This document shows positions 1 through 8,721 of a stretch of DNA of 64,000 bases, one piece after another; positions within the stretch are counted from its first letter, which is position 1; the number at the start of each line of letters is the position of its first letter. The DNA comes from a bacterium. Lineage in GTDB: Bacteria > UBA8248. Where the stretch lies: the NCBI GenBank assembly GCA_965221165.1, contig CBDCRP010000003.1, positions 384,001 to 448,000 on the forward strand, written 5' to 3'. The translations under genes were made by a program, and so were the position numbers. The notes under the pieces were generated by a model, which saw only the letters and a list, made by a program, of their open reading frames with translations, was not told the origin of the DNA and did not search any database.

Positions 1-594
1 CTTGAGCGTACACCCGCCGGATTCATCCCGAACGGCGTAAATGCCATCCGAAACGATCGCCTTGTCACGACGATCGATGACGACCACGGCGCCCGGCTGT
101 ATCAGGGGAACCATGCTCCGCCCCATTTCCCTGTCCACCCGAACCGAGACCAAGTCTCCTCGCCCGGCGATCTGGGAGACGTGGATGAGTGCATACTCCT
201 CGACTTCTTCATCCACGATTCTGGCGCTGCCCGCCGCAATGGAACCCGACACCAAAGGCACGGCGCGAAATTCCGTATCACTCACCTTGCCCGGCGTCTG
301 CACATTATCGCTCACGCTCAAAGCGACATCCAAAGGCCCGACGCCAGGCACTTCCTGCACGCCGGTTCGGCCCAACAACCAATCGCTGGACACATCGAGC
401 ACCTTGGCGATTTCAAAAAGTTTACTCGCGCTAGGCTCGTTTTGGCCCTGCTCATACCGGGTGAGATTCGCCCAGGTGACCCCTGCGGTACGCGCCAATT
501 GGTTGCGGTTCAATCCCTTGCGCTCACGCGCGCGCGCAATGCGGCGTCCTAGTTCGAGCGCATACTCCGATCGGGGTTTGGGGGGCTCGGGCAT
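1..594 (-). CDS. XRE/Cro-CI HTH + S24 peptidase (LexA/CI-like) repressor, 3' end outside the window
   Basis: Not in the ORF track. Manual translation from ATG 594 gives MPEPPKPRSEYALELGRRIARARERKGLNRNQLARTAGVTWANLTRYEQGQNEPSASKLFEIAKVLDVSSDWLLG (HTH_3), then VPLVSGSIAAG (Ala-Gly cleavage site), GRSMVP (catalytic Ser) and CTLK at the window edge (catalytic Lys). Confidence 0.88.
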   Translation of the reverse strand, partial: MPEPPKPRSEYALELGRRIARARERKGLNRNQLARTAGVTWANLTRYEQGQNEPSASKLFEIAKVLDVSSDWLLGRTGVQEVPGVGPLDVALSVSDNVQTPGKVSDTEFRAVPLVSGSIAAGSARIVDEEVEEYALIHVSQIAGRGDLVSVRVDREMGRSMVPLIQPGAVVVIDRRDKAIVSDGIYAVRDESGGCTLK

Positions 595-688
595 AGGCTT
601 TGTGGAGGGCTGAAAAATTCCCCTCCCCGGGGCGGATGTCGCAGATAGACACCTAGCCTATCACATTTTGGCCATTCATCGAAAAGAC

Positions 689-720
689 GGGGTCCTTGCC
701 AGAAAGTGCACAAGGACCCC
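689..720. terminator. hairpin downstream of the cyclase gene
   Basis: GGGGTCCTTG...CAAGGACCCC inverted repeat just past the cyclase stop codon. Confidence 0.5.
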
Positions 721-730
721 GGAGCATGGA

Positions 731-1420
731 CTAATCGTCAAGAACCGCCACGGCGCGGACGGGGCTTCCCGTACCCTCGCGGAATTTCAGAGGCAGGGAA
801 ATAAACTGGAATTCTCCCTTGCCCAGCAGCGCTTCTAAGTTGCACAGGCTTTCCAGATGGGTAATCCCCCTCTCCCAGCAGGTTTTGTGCACCAGAGCGT
901 TGATGTCTCCTTCGGGACCGGGACGCATGGAATCGATTCCGAAATGGACGATCCCCTGATCCGCCAGCCATTCGGTGGCCTCGATATTGACGCCCGGATT
1001 ATCCGTTCCATACGCCTTAGTGGGGAACGTACGGGCATGATGGCCCGTGCAAAGCAGAACCGTACCGCCCTCGGGAATCGAGAGGCCGGTCTTCTTCACC
1101 GCTTCATCGAGGTCGTTCGAGCTGATTTCCGCCCTGGGCTCGATGTGCTGCAAATCGATGCAAATGCCGCGGACGATGCAGTTCTCGAGCGGATACTCGT
1201 TCATCGGCGTCGCATCCTGGTGAAAATGGCGCGGAGCGTCGAGATGCGTGGTGCCGTGCTCTGGCATGGTGACGAAGTTCAGGGCGTTCCCCCAGACATT
1301 GCCCGAGTCCTTGAAGGCCTCTTCATGATTTTTCCACTCGGCGTACAGAATGGGCGGCTGGCCCGGATATGCGGGTGTGCGGTGATAAATCTCTCGTGAA
1401 AGGTCAACGATGGTAGCCAT
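731..1420 (-). CDS. cyclase / kynurenine formamidase (KynB)-like metal-dependent hydrolase
   Basis: IVDLS start, HGTTHLDAPRHF motif, GIDS, HLESLCNL and the C-terminal PLKFREGTGSPVRAVA. Confidence 0.9.
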   Translation of the reverse strand: MATIVDLSREIYHRTPAYPGQPPILYAEWKNHEEAFKDSGNVWGNALNFVTMPEHGTTHLDAPRHFHQDATPMNEYPLENCIVRGICIDLQHIEPRAEISSNDLDEAVKKTGLSIPEGGTVLLCTGHHARTFPTKAYGTDNPGVNIEATEWLADQGIVHFGIDSMRPGPEGDINALVHKTCWERGITHLESLCNLEALLGKGEFQFISLPLKFREGTGSPVRAVAVLDD

Positions 1421-1440
1421 AGAATTTTTCTCCTTTTCGC

Positions 1441-2682
1441 CTAAACAGTACAACGCAATATATGCAGTCCATGGTTCTTGTCCGTCACGTAAATAAACCC
1501 CCGCCTGTCCACGATCACGTCCTCGCTCTGGGTGACGAGCGTTTTGGGCAGCATGCCGAGGCGCTTCGTCGGGTCGGCAGGTATATAGTGCGCGATCTCG
1601 CGTGGGTGGATGGGCTCTGAAATATCATAGACCCGAAGACCCGCATTGAAATACGTCAGATAAACGCGGTCTTCCCTTTGTTCGAGACAGTCGAGCCCCT
1701 GGGAGTGGTGCTGATTGTGCGGGCCGAATCGTCCGCCGCGCTCACAGAAACTCTTGTGGGAATAACCGGGCGGCGGCTCGGGAACCGGGAAGAGAGTCAT
1801 GAGCCTCGGATCCGCCTCATCTTTGATGTCGACTATCGCCGTGTAGTTGAGCGGCTCGTCACAATTCTCCTTGAGCGCCTCGCTGTTGATGTTGGCGAAT
1901 CCCCGCTTGAGGTAAGGATACGCCGTGTGCACGGCGATGGCGCTGCCAAGCGGCGGGTAGACGTTGAAGCGGCTGATGAGTTTGGGGCTGGATATGTCCT
2001 CTATGTCCGCGATGACGAACCCGCCGCGCGCATAAGGCAAATATGCCCGCCCGTTTTCGGCATGAGCGGGCCCGTGCTGAAACACGCGCATCCCCTCGCT
2101 CCAGTCCTCCGAGCTGTCGGCCTCGCTCCCCTCTTGCTCGGGCAGCCAGAAGCGGCCCGCTTCCTTGGGGTTTCTGGGATCGGCCAAATCCAGAATGCGG
2201 TAGATGTTCCCCTCATAGCCGGGCGCATATGCGGACAAGTGGGCATAGCGCCCGCCGTTGTAAAAATTCCTGTGCGTTCCGTCGTCCCCCGTCTGCCAGT
2301 GCGAGATAAGCTCCGGATCGGCCGGGTCTTTTTTCACGTCCCAGATGTAGACGCCCTCGGCTTCGGGCGGGTCTTGGGGCCTCGGCCCCCAGCCCGGGGG
2401 AATTTTCTCCATAGAGGTGATGAGCAGGCCATCCGCCACCTGCACCTGCAGCGTCCAGGTATTGTCGGGACCTTCGATGAACTTGAGGAGTTTCGGATCC
2501 GCAGGCTCCGTCACGTCGAGAACGCTCCAGCCGCTCTCCCAGAAATGCGAGAGATACAGATAAAAGCGTCCATCTACTTCCTGAACCGCCGTCTTGAAGG
2601 CGGGCCGATCCCCTAAGTCGTGATAGCCGACCAACTCCATATTTTCAGATCTGATTGCCGCAGGCGCTTGCGCGAGACTCAT
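1441..2682 (-). CDS. LVIVD-repeat beta-propeller protein (putative hydrolase)
   Basis: Repeated (V/I)LDVxDPxxP units, RFGPHNQH and YFNAGLRVYDIS. GAGGA RBS before ATG 2682. Confidence 0.8.
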   Translation of the reverse strand: MSLAQAPAAIRSENMELVGYHDLGDRPAFKTAVQEVDGRFYLYLSHFWESGWSVLDVTEPADPKLLKFIEGPDNTWTLQVQVADGLLITSMEKIPPGWGPRPQDPPEAEGVYIWDVKKDPADPELISHWQTGDDGTHRNFYNGGRYAHLSAYAPGYEGNIYRILDLADPRNPKEAGRFWLPEQEGSEADSSEDWSEGMRVFQHGPAHAENGRAYLPYARGGFVIADIEDISSPKLISRFNVYPPLGSAIAVHTAYPYLKRGFANINSEALKENCDEPLNYTAIVDIKDEADPRLMTLFPVPEPPPGYSHKSFCERGGRFGPHNQHHSQGLDCLEQREDRVYLTYFNAGLRVYDISEPIHPREIAHYIPADPTKRLGMLPKTLVTQSEDVIVDRRGFIYVTDKNHGLHILRCTV

Positions 2683-2879
2683 GGCATCCTCACAAATATG
2701 TTCTATTTGACTTTTCACCATTCTTGCCAAAGAGAATTCTTATCGAATCCATGTCGGAACCATGCCTTATGTACCCCAGTAGCGCATGGTGGTAAAGTCC
2801 TTGAACGACTTTGGAACACCCAAACCGGAAAACACAACGCAGACGCTTTTCTCGAAAACGCAGTATGAGGCGGAGAAAA

Positions 2880-3644
2880 ATGACCTCACCCGGCGTGGAT
2901 TTAAGCGGCAAGACAGCCTGCATCACAGGCGGCGGCCAGGGGCTCGGCGCTTCGTTGGCCATCGGTCTTGCTGAGGCGGGCGCGGATGTCGTCCTCATCG
3001 GCAGGCGGCCGGAACCGATGGTGGAAACTGCGAAAGAATGCGAGAAATTCGGCGTCCGGGTCATGCCCGCCGTTTGCGACATCACGAATTCGGCTCGGGT
3101 GAGCGCCTTGTTCGAGCAAGTCAACAAGGAACTCGTCGGTCCACACATTCTCATCAACAACGCGGGCGTTTCGCTCCCCAGCCCGATTCTCGAGATGACG
3201 AACGAAATCTGGCGCGAGACCATCGATTTGAATCTGAGCGGCATGTTCTATTGCTGCCGCGCGGCGGTGCGCTACATGCTCGAGGCGGGGGGAGGCAAAA
3301 TCATCAATCTCGGCTCGAGCGCAGGCAGCCGGGGCCGCCCGAATCAGGTGGCCTATGCGGCGTCAAAAGCAGGCGTCCGGGGTTTCACCGAGGCGCTCGC
3401 CGTCGAGCTTGCGGAGAAAAACATTCAGGTGAACTGCATCGCGCCGGGCCGCTTCCCGACCCCGATGACGGTCGAGCGCATCGCCGATCCGGCGCAAAGC
3501 GAGGCGTTCCTGCGCTTCGTCCCCATGAAGCGTTATGGCGAGCCTGAAGAAATACGGCCCCTCGTCGTCTACCTTTGCGGCCCCCAGAGCAACTTCATGA
3601 CCGGGCAGACGGTATATCTCGACGGCGGCAGCAGCGCGCTCTAG
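2880..3644 (+). CDS. classical SDR oxidoreductase (FabG/gluconate 5-dehydrogenase-like)
   Basis: TGGGQGLG, NNAG, YAASK, VNCIAPG and DGG motifs. Confidence 0.9.
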   Translation: MTSPGVDLSGKTACITGGGQGLGASLAIGLAEAGADVVLIGRRPEPMVETAKECEKFGVRVMPAVCDITNSARVSALFEQVNKELVGPHILINNAGVSLPSPILEMTNEIWRETIDLNLSGMFYCCRAAVRYMLEAGGGKIINLGSSAGSRGRPNQVAYAASKAGVRGFTEALAVELAEKNIQVNCIAPGRFPTPMTVERIADPAQSEAFLRFVPMKRYGEPEEIRPLVVYLCGPQSNFMTGQTVYLDGGSSAL

Positions 3645-4435
3645 GGTCTCACCACGTCGCATCGCCCGCCGTCCACGTTGATGGATTCCCCCGTGATGTT
3701 CGAAGCCAGGTCGGAGACCAGAAACAATACGGCGTTCGCGCAATCCTCGGCCCGCGTGAGGCGGCCCATGGGCAATTCGGCGCGCCTTTCGGCGTCCACT
3801 TCCTCATATGTGCGATTCGTCAACTCGGCTATTCTCGTCGTCTGCCGGACATATCTCGGAGTGTCCGTCGTTCCGGGGTTGATGAGGTTCACCCGGATGC
3901 TCTCGGGCGCGAGCCTGCGGGCGAGCTGATGCTTGTAGGCGGACAAGCCTGCGTTCGATATGCAGCCCGAGCCATGGTATTCCGAGGTGTGCACATGGCT
4001 CAGTCCCGAGAAATAGACGATGACGCCCGCGCCCCGTTTTCTCATCTGCGGAATCGCGGCCTTCGTCAAGCGGATGGCGGCGCGGAGTTTGAGGCCGATG
4101 GCGAGGTCGATGTCATCGTCCGTCGTATCTATCGGGTCGGAGCGCCGGCTCACGCCTGCGGCGTTGATCAGAAAATCGATTCCGCCCAGGCGGGCGCAGG
4201 TTTCCTCGACCACGCGCTCGGTATGGCCCGAGGCGGTGAGGTCGCCCGCCATCACCTCCGCGCGTCCCCCGGCGGCGATTATCGCAGAAGCGGTCTGCTT
4301 CAAATTCTCCTCGTTTCGAGCCGCGAGGGCGACGGAGGCTCCCGCCCGCGCCAGCACTCTTGCGCACGCCTGTCCGATGCCCTGGCTCGAACCCGTCACC
4401 AGGGCGATCTTTCCGCTCAAATCTATGCTGATCAT
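3641..4435 (-). CDS. atypical SDR oxidoreductase
   Basis: TGSSQGIG, INAAG, VNLINPG and NVDGG are present, but YxxxK is replaced by GCISN. Confidence 0.85.
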   Translation of the reverse strand: MISIDLSGKIALVTGSSQGIGQACARVLARAGASVALAARNEENLKQTASAIIAAGGRAEVMAGDLTASGHTERVVEETCARLGGIDFLINAAGVSRRSDPIDTTDDDIDLAIGLKLRAAIRLTKAAIPQMRKRGAGVIVYFSGLSHVHTSEYHGSGCISNAGLSAYKHQLARRLAPESIRVNLINPGTTDTPRYVRQTTRIAELTNRTYEEVDAERRAELPMGRLTRAEDCANAVLFLVSDLASNITGESINVDGGRCDVVRP

Positions 4436-4614
4436 CGATTCCCCTTTCTTGTCGATCCGTTCATACTCGAATCTGCGTCGGCGCCGGGTGAAGACAAAAC
4501 GCGAACCTCGAAGACCATCGCCCGGCGCTGGATTTTCATGACGATTTTCCTTATACACCACTTGTCCTTCGGCGACATTCCCGGCGGCGTTCATATCTAT
4601 AGAGGCGATACTTC

Positions 4615-5853
4615 ATGACGAAGAAAAGCATCTCGAACCTGGACGTGCGCGGTAAGCGCGTGCTGATGCGGGTGGACTTCAACGTCCCCCAGGACGAGAG
4701 AGGCCTCATCGCCGATGATCGCAGAATCCGCATGGCGCTTCCCACGATAAACCACATACTGGATGGTGGAGGCCGCCTCATTCTCATGAGCCATCTCGGA
4801 CGCCCGACGGGAGAAGGCCCACCAGCCGATAGCAAATGGACGCTCAGGCCCGTCGCCGAACGCCTGGAGAAACTTCTGGGCAAAAGCGTCGTTTTTTCGG
4901 AAAACTGCGTGGGACCCGCGGCCGAGAGCGCAGCAGCCGCGCTGGGAGACGGGGAATGTTGCCTCCTCGAAAACTTGCGCTTTCACAAGGCCGAGCAGAT
5001 CAAGGATAAGGCGGCGGCCCAGGATGAAGCGCTAAGAGCGGAAAAAGACACCTTCGCGCAAGGGCTGGCGTCTTTGGCCGACGTTTATGTGAACGACGCC
5101 TTCGGCACCTGCCACCGCGACAACGCGAGCATGCTCACCGTACCGGGGATGATGGCGGGCAAACCCCGCGTCACGGGATTCTTGCTGACCAAGGAGCTTC
5201 AATACCTCGGCGGAGCGCTGAACGAACCGATGAGGCCTTTCCTCGCCATCATCGGGGGAAAGAAAGTCTCCGATAAAATGATGGTCATAGAAGCCCTTTT
5301 GAGCAAATGCGACCGGGTGCTCATCGGCGGGGCCATGGTGTATACGTTCATGAAGGCGAACGGCAAAAACACGGGCGCGAGCCTCGTGGAGGAAGACAAA
5401 CTCGACGTGGCCGCGCGGCTGCAATCCCTAGGCGGTGAGAAACTCGTTTTACCCACGGACGTCGTCGCAGCGCGCGCCATCGAGAAAGGAGCGGAATTCG
5501 AGGTTTTTCAGGGAGAAATCCCGGATGGCCTGATGGGTCTCGACATCGGCCCCGAATCCGCACGTCGGTTTTCTGGAATGATCGCAGAGGCGAAAACCAT
5601 CGTCTGGAACGGCCCCATGGGCGTTTTCGAGGTCAAGCCGTTCGATACGGGCACTTTCACCGTCGCGCACGCCCTCGCGGAGGCGACGAAAAACGGCGCC
5701 ACGACCGTCATCGGCGGCGGCGACAGCGCTGCGGCCATCGAGATGGCCGGGTTGAGCGAGAAAGTGACCCACGTGAGCACGGGCGGTGGAGCGAGCCTCG
5801 AGTTCATGGAGGGAAAAACGTTTCAGGCCGTCGAAATTCTGGATGATTTGTAG
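4615..5853 (+). CDS. pgk: phosphoglycerate kinase
   Basis: RVDFNVP, SHLGRP, LENLRF, NDAFG, WNGPMGVFE, GGGDS and STGGGASLE. Confidence 0.97.
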   Translation: MTKKSISNLDVRGKRVLMRVDFNVPQDERGLIADDRRIRMALPTINHILDGGGRLILMSHLGRPTGEGPPADSKWTLRPVAERLEKLLGKSVVFSENCVGPAAESAAAALGDGECCLLENLRFHKAEQIKDKAAAQDEALRAEKDTFAQGLASLADVYVNDAFGTCHRDNASMLTVPGMMAGKPRVTGFLLTKELQYLGGALNEPMRPFLAIIGGKKVSDKMMVIEALLSKCDRVLIGGAMVYTFMKANGKNTGASLVEEDKLDVAARLQSLGGEKLVLPTDVVAARAIEKGAEFEVFQGEIPDGLMGLDIGPESARRFSGMIAEAKTIVWNGPMGVFEVKPFDTGTFTVAHALAEATKNGATTVIGGGDSAAAIEMAGLSEKVTHVSTGGGASLEFMEGKTFQAVEILDDL

Positions 5854-5936
5854 ACGAACCCCGCGCGGATACCGCATAATCGTCTCGCAAGTACGAGGTT
5901 TTCGGGTCTTCAAGCTGCTTTTAAGGGTGCGACCGG

Positions 5937-6932
5937 GTGAAGAACAACATTCTGGAGGCCATCGGCGACACGCCGATCGTAAGGCTCAACTCGGTCGGCG
6001 CGGAAGTGGAATCGGAACTGTTCGTCAAGGTCGAATACATGAACCCCGGCTTGTCGGTAAAAGACCGCATTGCGCCGCTGATCGTCGAAGACGCCGAGAA
6101 AAAGGGCGAACTCAAGCCGGGCGGAATGATTGTCGAGGCCACCTCCGGGAACACCGGCGCGGGACTCGCCATCGTCGCAGCCATCAAGGGCTACAGTTGC
6201 GTTTTCGTGATGCCCGACAAGATGAGCCAGGAGAAAATCGACCGGCTGCGCGCATACGGCGCGAAAGTCATCGTCACACCCACGGTGGCGCTGGACGACC
6301 CGGAGAGCCACTACTGCGTCGCGCGCAGAATCGTGGAGGAAACGCCCAACTCCATTCTGGCGAATCAATACAACAACACGAACAACCCTAAGTCCCACTA
6401 CCGCATGACGGGGCCTGAAATCTGGCGTCAGACGGGAGGCGATTTCGACGCCTTCGTCACCGGTCTCGGCACCGGCGGCACCATCTCGGGCACGGGAAGA
6501 TTCCTGAAAGAGAAAAATCCCGATATCAAAGTCGTCGGAGTGGACCCCATCGGCTCGATTCTGTACGGCCTTTTTTACGGGGAAACGAACCCCGAGGCGG
6601 GCTCCTACAAGACCGAGGGAATCGGGGAGAGCTTCAAGCCCGCAACGCTCAGTTTCGACAACATGGACGAAGTCGTTCGGGTCACCGACAAGGAATGCCT
6701 CCTGATGGCGCGCAGGCCGGCGAGAGAAGAAGGCATCCTGGTGGGCGGCTCTGCGGGCGGCGCGGTCGCCGGCGCCGTCCGGTACGCGGAATCCCTCGGA
6801 AAACCGGAGAGAATCGTTACCCTGATGCCGGATTCGGGCATGTTTTATCTCAGCAAGATATTTTCCGACGAATGGATGGCGGCCAACGCGTTCCTGGATG
6901 AGGAAGAAGCCGCACGGGCGCTGGTTGAGTGA
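5937..6932 (+). CDS. cystathionine beta-synthase / cysteine synthase family PLP enzyme (no CBS domains)
   Basis: KVEYMNPGLSVKDR, EATSGNTG, GLGTGGT and YKTEGIG. Paired with the downstream CGL. Confidence 0.9.
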   Translation: MKNNILEAIGDTPIVRLNSVGAEVESELFVKVEYMNPGLSVKDRIAPLIVEDAEKKGELKPGGMIVEATSGNTGAGLAIVAAIKGYSCVFVMPDKMSQEKIDRLRAYGAKVIVTPTVALDDPESHYCVARRIVEETPNSILANQYNNTNNPKSHYRMTGPEIWRQTGGDFDAFVTGLGTGGTISGTGRFLKEKNPDIKVVGVDPIGSILYGLFYGETNPEAGSYKTEGIGESFKPATLSFDNMDEVVRVTDKECLLMARRPAREEGILVGGSAGGAVAGAVRYAESLGKPERIVTLMPDSGMFYLSKIFSDEWMAANAFLDEEEAARALVE

Positions 6933-7038
6933 ACAAGCGCGATTTTTTACACAAAAATACCGGCGTACTCGATGAAGAACGCCTTGCAATAGACATCATC
7001 ACGAAAACTGGAGTCTCCCCTCGCCTTCTTGGAGTAAA

Positions 7039-8214
7039 ATGAAAATATCCACCAGAGCGGTTCACCACGGAAAAGAACCCAACGAACTTACCGGCGCCGT
7101 GAAGCCCGACATCTGCTTGAGCAGCATGTTCAAACAAAATACGCCCGGCGATCCCGTCGGTGATTTTGAATACTCGCGCTCGGGCAATCCGACGCGAGAG
7201 GCCCTGGAGATGAACATCGCGGGCCTCGAGCGCCCCGATAACGAGGATACCGAATGCCACGGGCTGGCGTTTTCCTCGGGTCTGGGCGCCAGCGCCACGA
7301 TACTCTTCGCCCTTCTCTCCCACGGCGACCACATGCTCTGCTCGGATGACGTGTACGGCGGAACGTTCCGCCTCATCACGGGCAAGGATTTCCGGGGGTT
7401 TGAAAAATTCGGGATCTCGTGCGACTACGTCGACATGGAGGATGAAGAATCCCTCGCCGGTAAAATCAGGGAAAACACGAGACTCATCTGGATAGAAAGC
7501 CCCACGAACCCGCTCCTCAAGATGGCCGACATCCGGAGCATCGCCTCCACGTACGGGAAAGACGGCGCCATCGTCGCCGTGGACAACACCTTCATGAGTC
7601 CCTACTTCCAGAGGCCGCTCGCCCTGGGCGCGGACATCGCCGTTCACAGCACGACGAAATACATCGGCGGACACAGCGACGTCGTCGGCGGCGCCCTGGT
7701 GACGAAAAGCCAAGCGCTTTATGAGCGCATCAAGCATTATCAGAACGCGCTCGGAGCGACTCCCGCCCCCTTTGATTGCTACATGACGATGCGGGGCATC
7801 GACACCCTCCCCGTGCGGATGGAAAAACACCAGGAAAACGCCATCAAAATCGCCGGGTTTTTAGAGGGACACGCCGGCGTGGAGAAAGTTATCTACCCGG
7901 GACTCGAATCCCATCCCCAGTTTGAGCTGGCCAAAAAGCAGATGAGCGGTTTCGGGGGTATGTTGGCGTTTTATCTGAAAGGAGGCTTGGCCGAGGCGCG
8001 GAAGTTTTTGGAAAACGTCCGGCTATTCACCCTGGCGGAGAGCCTCGGGGGCACCGAATCCCTGGTGGAGCATCCCGCCATCATGACCCACGCCTCCCTT
8101 ACCGAGGAAAGCAGAGAAGCGCTGGGCATCAGCGATACCCTGATTCGCCTGTCCGTGGGAATCGAGGACGCGGACGATTTAATCGAGGATCTCGATCAGG
8201 CTCTGAAAGTGTAG
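7039..8214 (+). CDS. cystathionine gamma-lyase/synthase (Cys_Met_Meta_PP)
   Basis: YSRSGNPTR, DDVYGGT, ESPTNP, DNTF, HSTTKYIGGHSD, AESLGG and RLSVGIED. Confidence 0.93.
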   Translation: MKISTRAVHHGKEPNELTGAVKPDICLSSMFKQNTPGDPVGDFEYSRSGNPTREALEMNIAGLERPDNEDTECHGLAFSSGLGASATILFALLSHGDHMLCSDDVYGGTFRLITGKDFRGFEKFGISCDYVDMEDEESLAGKIRENTRLIWIESPTNPLLKMADIRSIASTYGKDGAIVAVDNTFMSPYFQRPLALGADIAVHSTTKYIGGHSDVVGGALVTKSQALYERIKHYQNALGATPAPFDCYMTMRGIDTLPVRMEKHQENAIKIAGFLEGHAGVEKVIYPGLESHPQFELAKKQMSGFGGMLAFYLKGGLAEARKFLENVRLFTLAESLGGTESLVEHPAIMTHASLTEESREALGISDTLIRLSVGIEDADDLIEDLDQALKV

Positions 8215-8284
8215 GGACAGGCCCCCGTGCCTGTCCTGATCACATCCGCCAAGAAGAAGGACAACCACGGGGGCCTGTCCCTAC
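8211..8284. repeat. GTAG-family REP doublet overlapping the CGL stop codon
   Basis: GTAGGGACAGGCCCCCGTG...CACGGGGGCCTGTCCCTAC inverted pair. Confidence 0.75.
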
Positions 8285-8336
8285 GGAAAAATAAAATATT
8301 TAATATCATTCCCCCCTTGATGCGCGCTTCGAAATA

Positions 8337-8585
8337 ACTCCCCCCTTGAGGGTCATTTCCGAACGAAGAGGGAGGGAATGTCGCAGAAGCCGAGCGCCTT
8401 GGGGGCGAAGGCTGATGCGGTGGGGGGTCAGGCCCGACAGAGGAAGGAGGGCCTGCCTGACTTAAAAAGGAGCAATCGCTCCCTTCCCGGTCGCGATTGA
8501 CCCCCACCGGCTCGACTGCGGGCTTTGCCCTTGTCTTGCCGACAATCCCTCATTTTTCAATCGGGATTGACCCTCAAGGGGGAGT
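8337..8585. repeat. palindromic MITE-like element with nested inverted repeats
   Basis: Terminal IRs ACTCCCCCCTTGAGGGTCA / TGACCCTCAAGGGGGAGT and internal IRs CGGTGGGGGGTCA / TGACCCCCACCG. Confidence 0.65.
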
Positions 8586-8657
8586 GAAATTGGGAGCCAC
8601 GCTTTTTTTCAAGGTCCCATCGACATTCCCTCCCCCGGACGCATCCCATTGTCTCGC

Positions 8658-8709
8658 ACAAAAAAAACCATCCCCCTGCCCTGTTGAGGCCGGAAGATGG
8701 TTTTTTGTC
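8658..8709. terminator. bidirectional rho-independent terminator
   Basis: AAAAAAACCATC...GATGGTTTTTTT between convergent genes. Confidence 0.6.
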
Positions 8710-8721
8710 TAAATCCCACGC

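Noticed and set aside
41-613. Plus-strand ORFs of 190, 123 and 81 aa
   Set aside because: They are shadows of the minus-strand HTH-S24 gene. The same applies to the many long antisense and alternate-frame ORFs across this GC-rich window.
6930-6932. Possible Sec read-through of the CBS-like gene TGA
   Set aside because: The in-frame continuation is short, stops at TAG and has no redox-motif context or SECIS-like hairpin.
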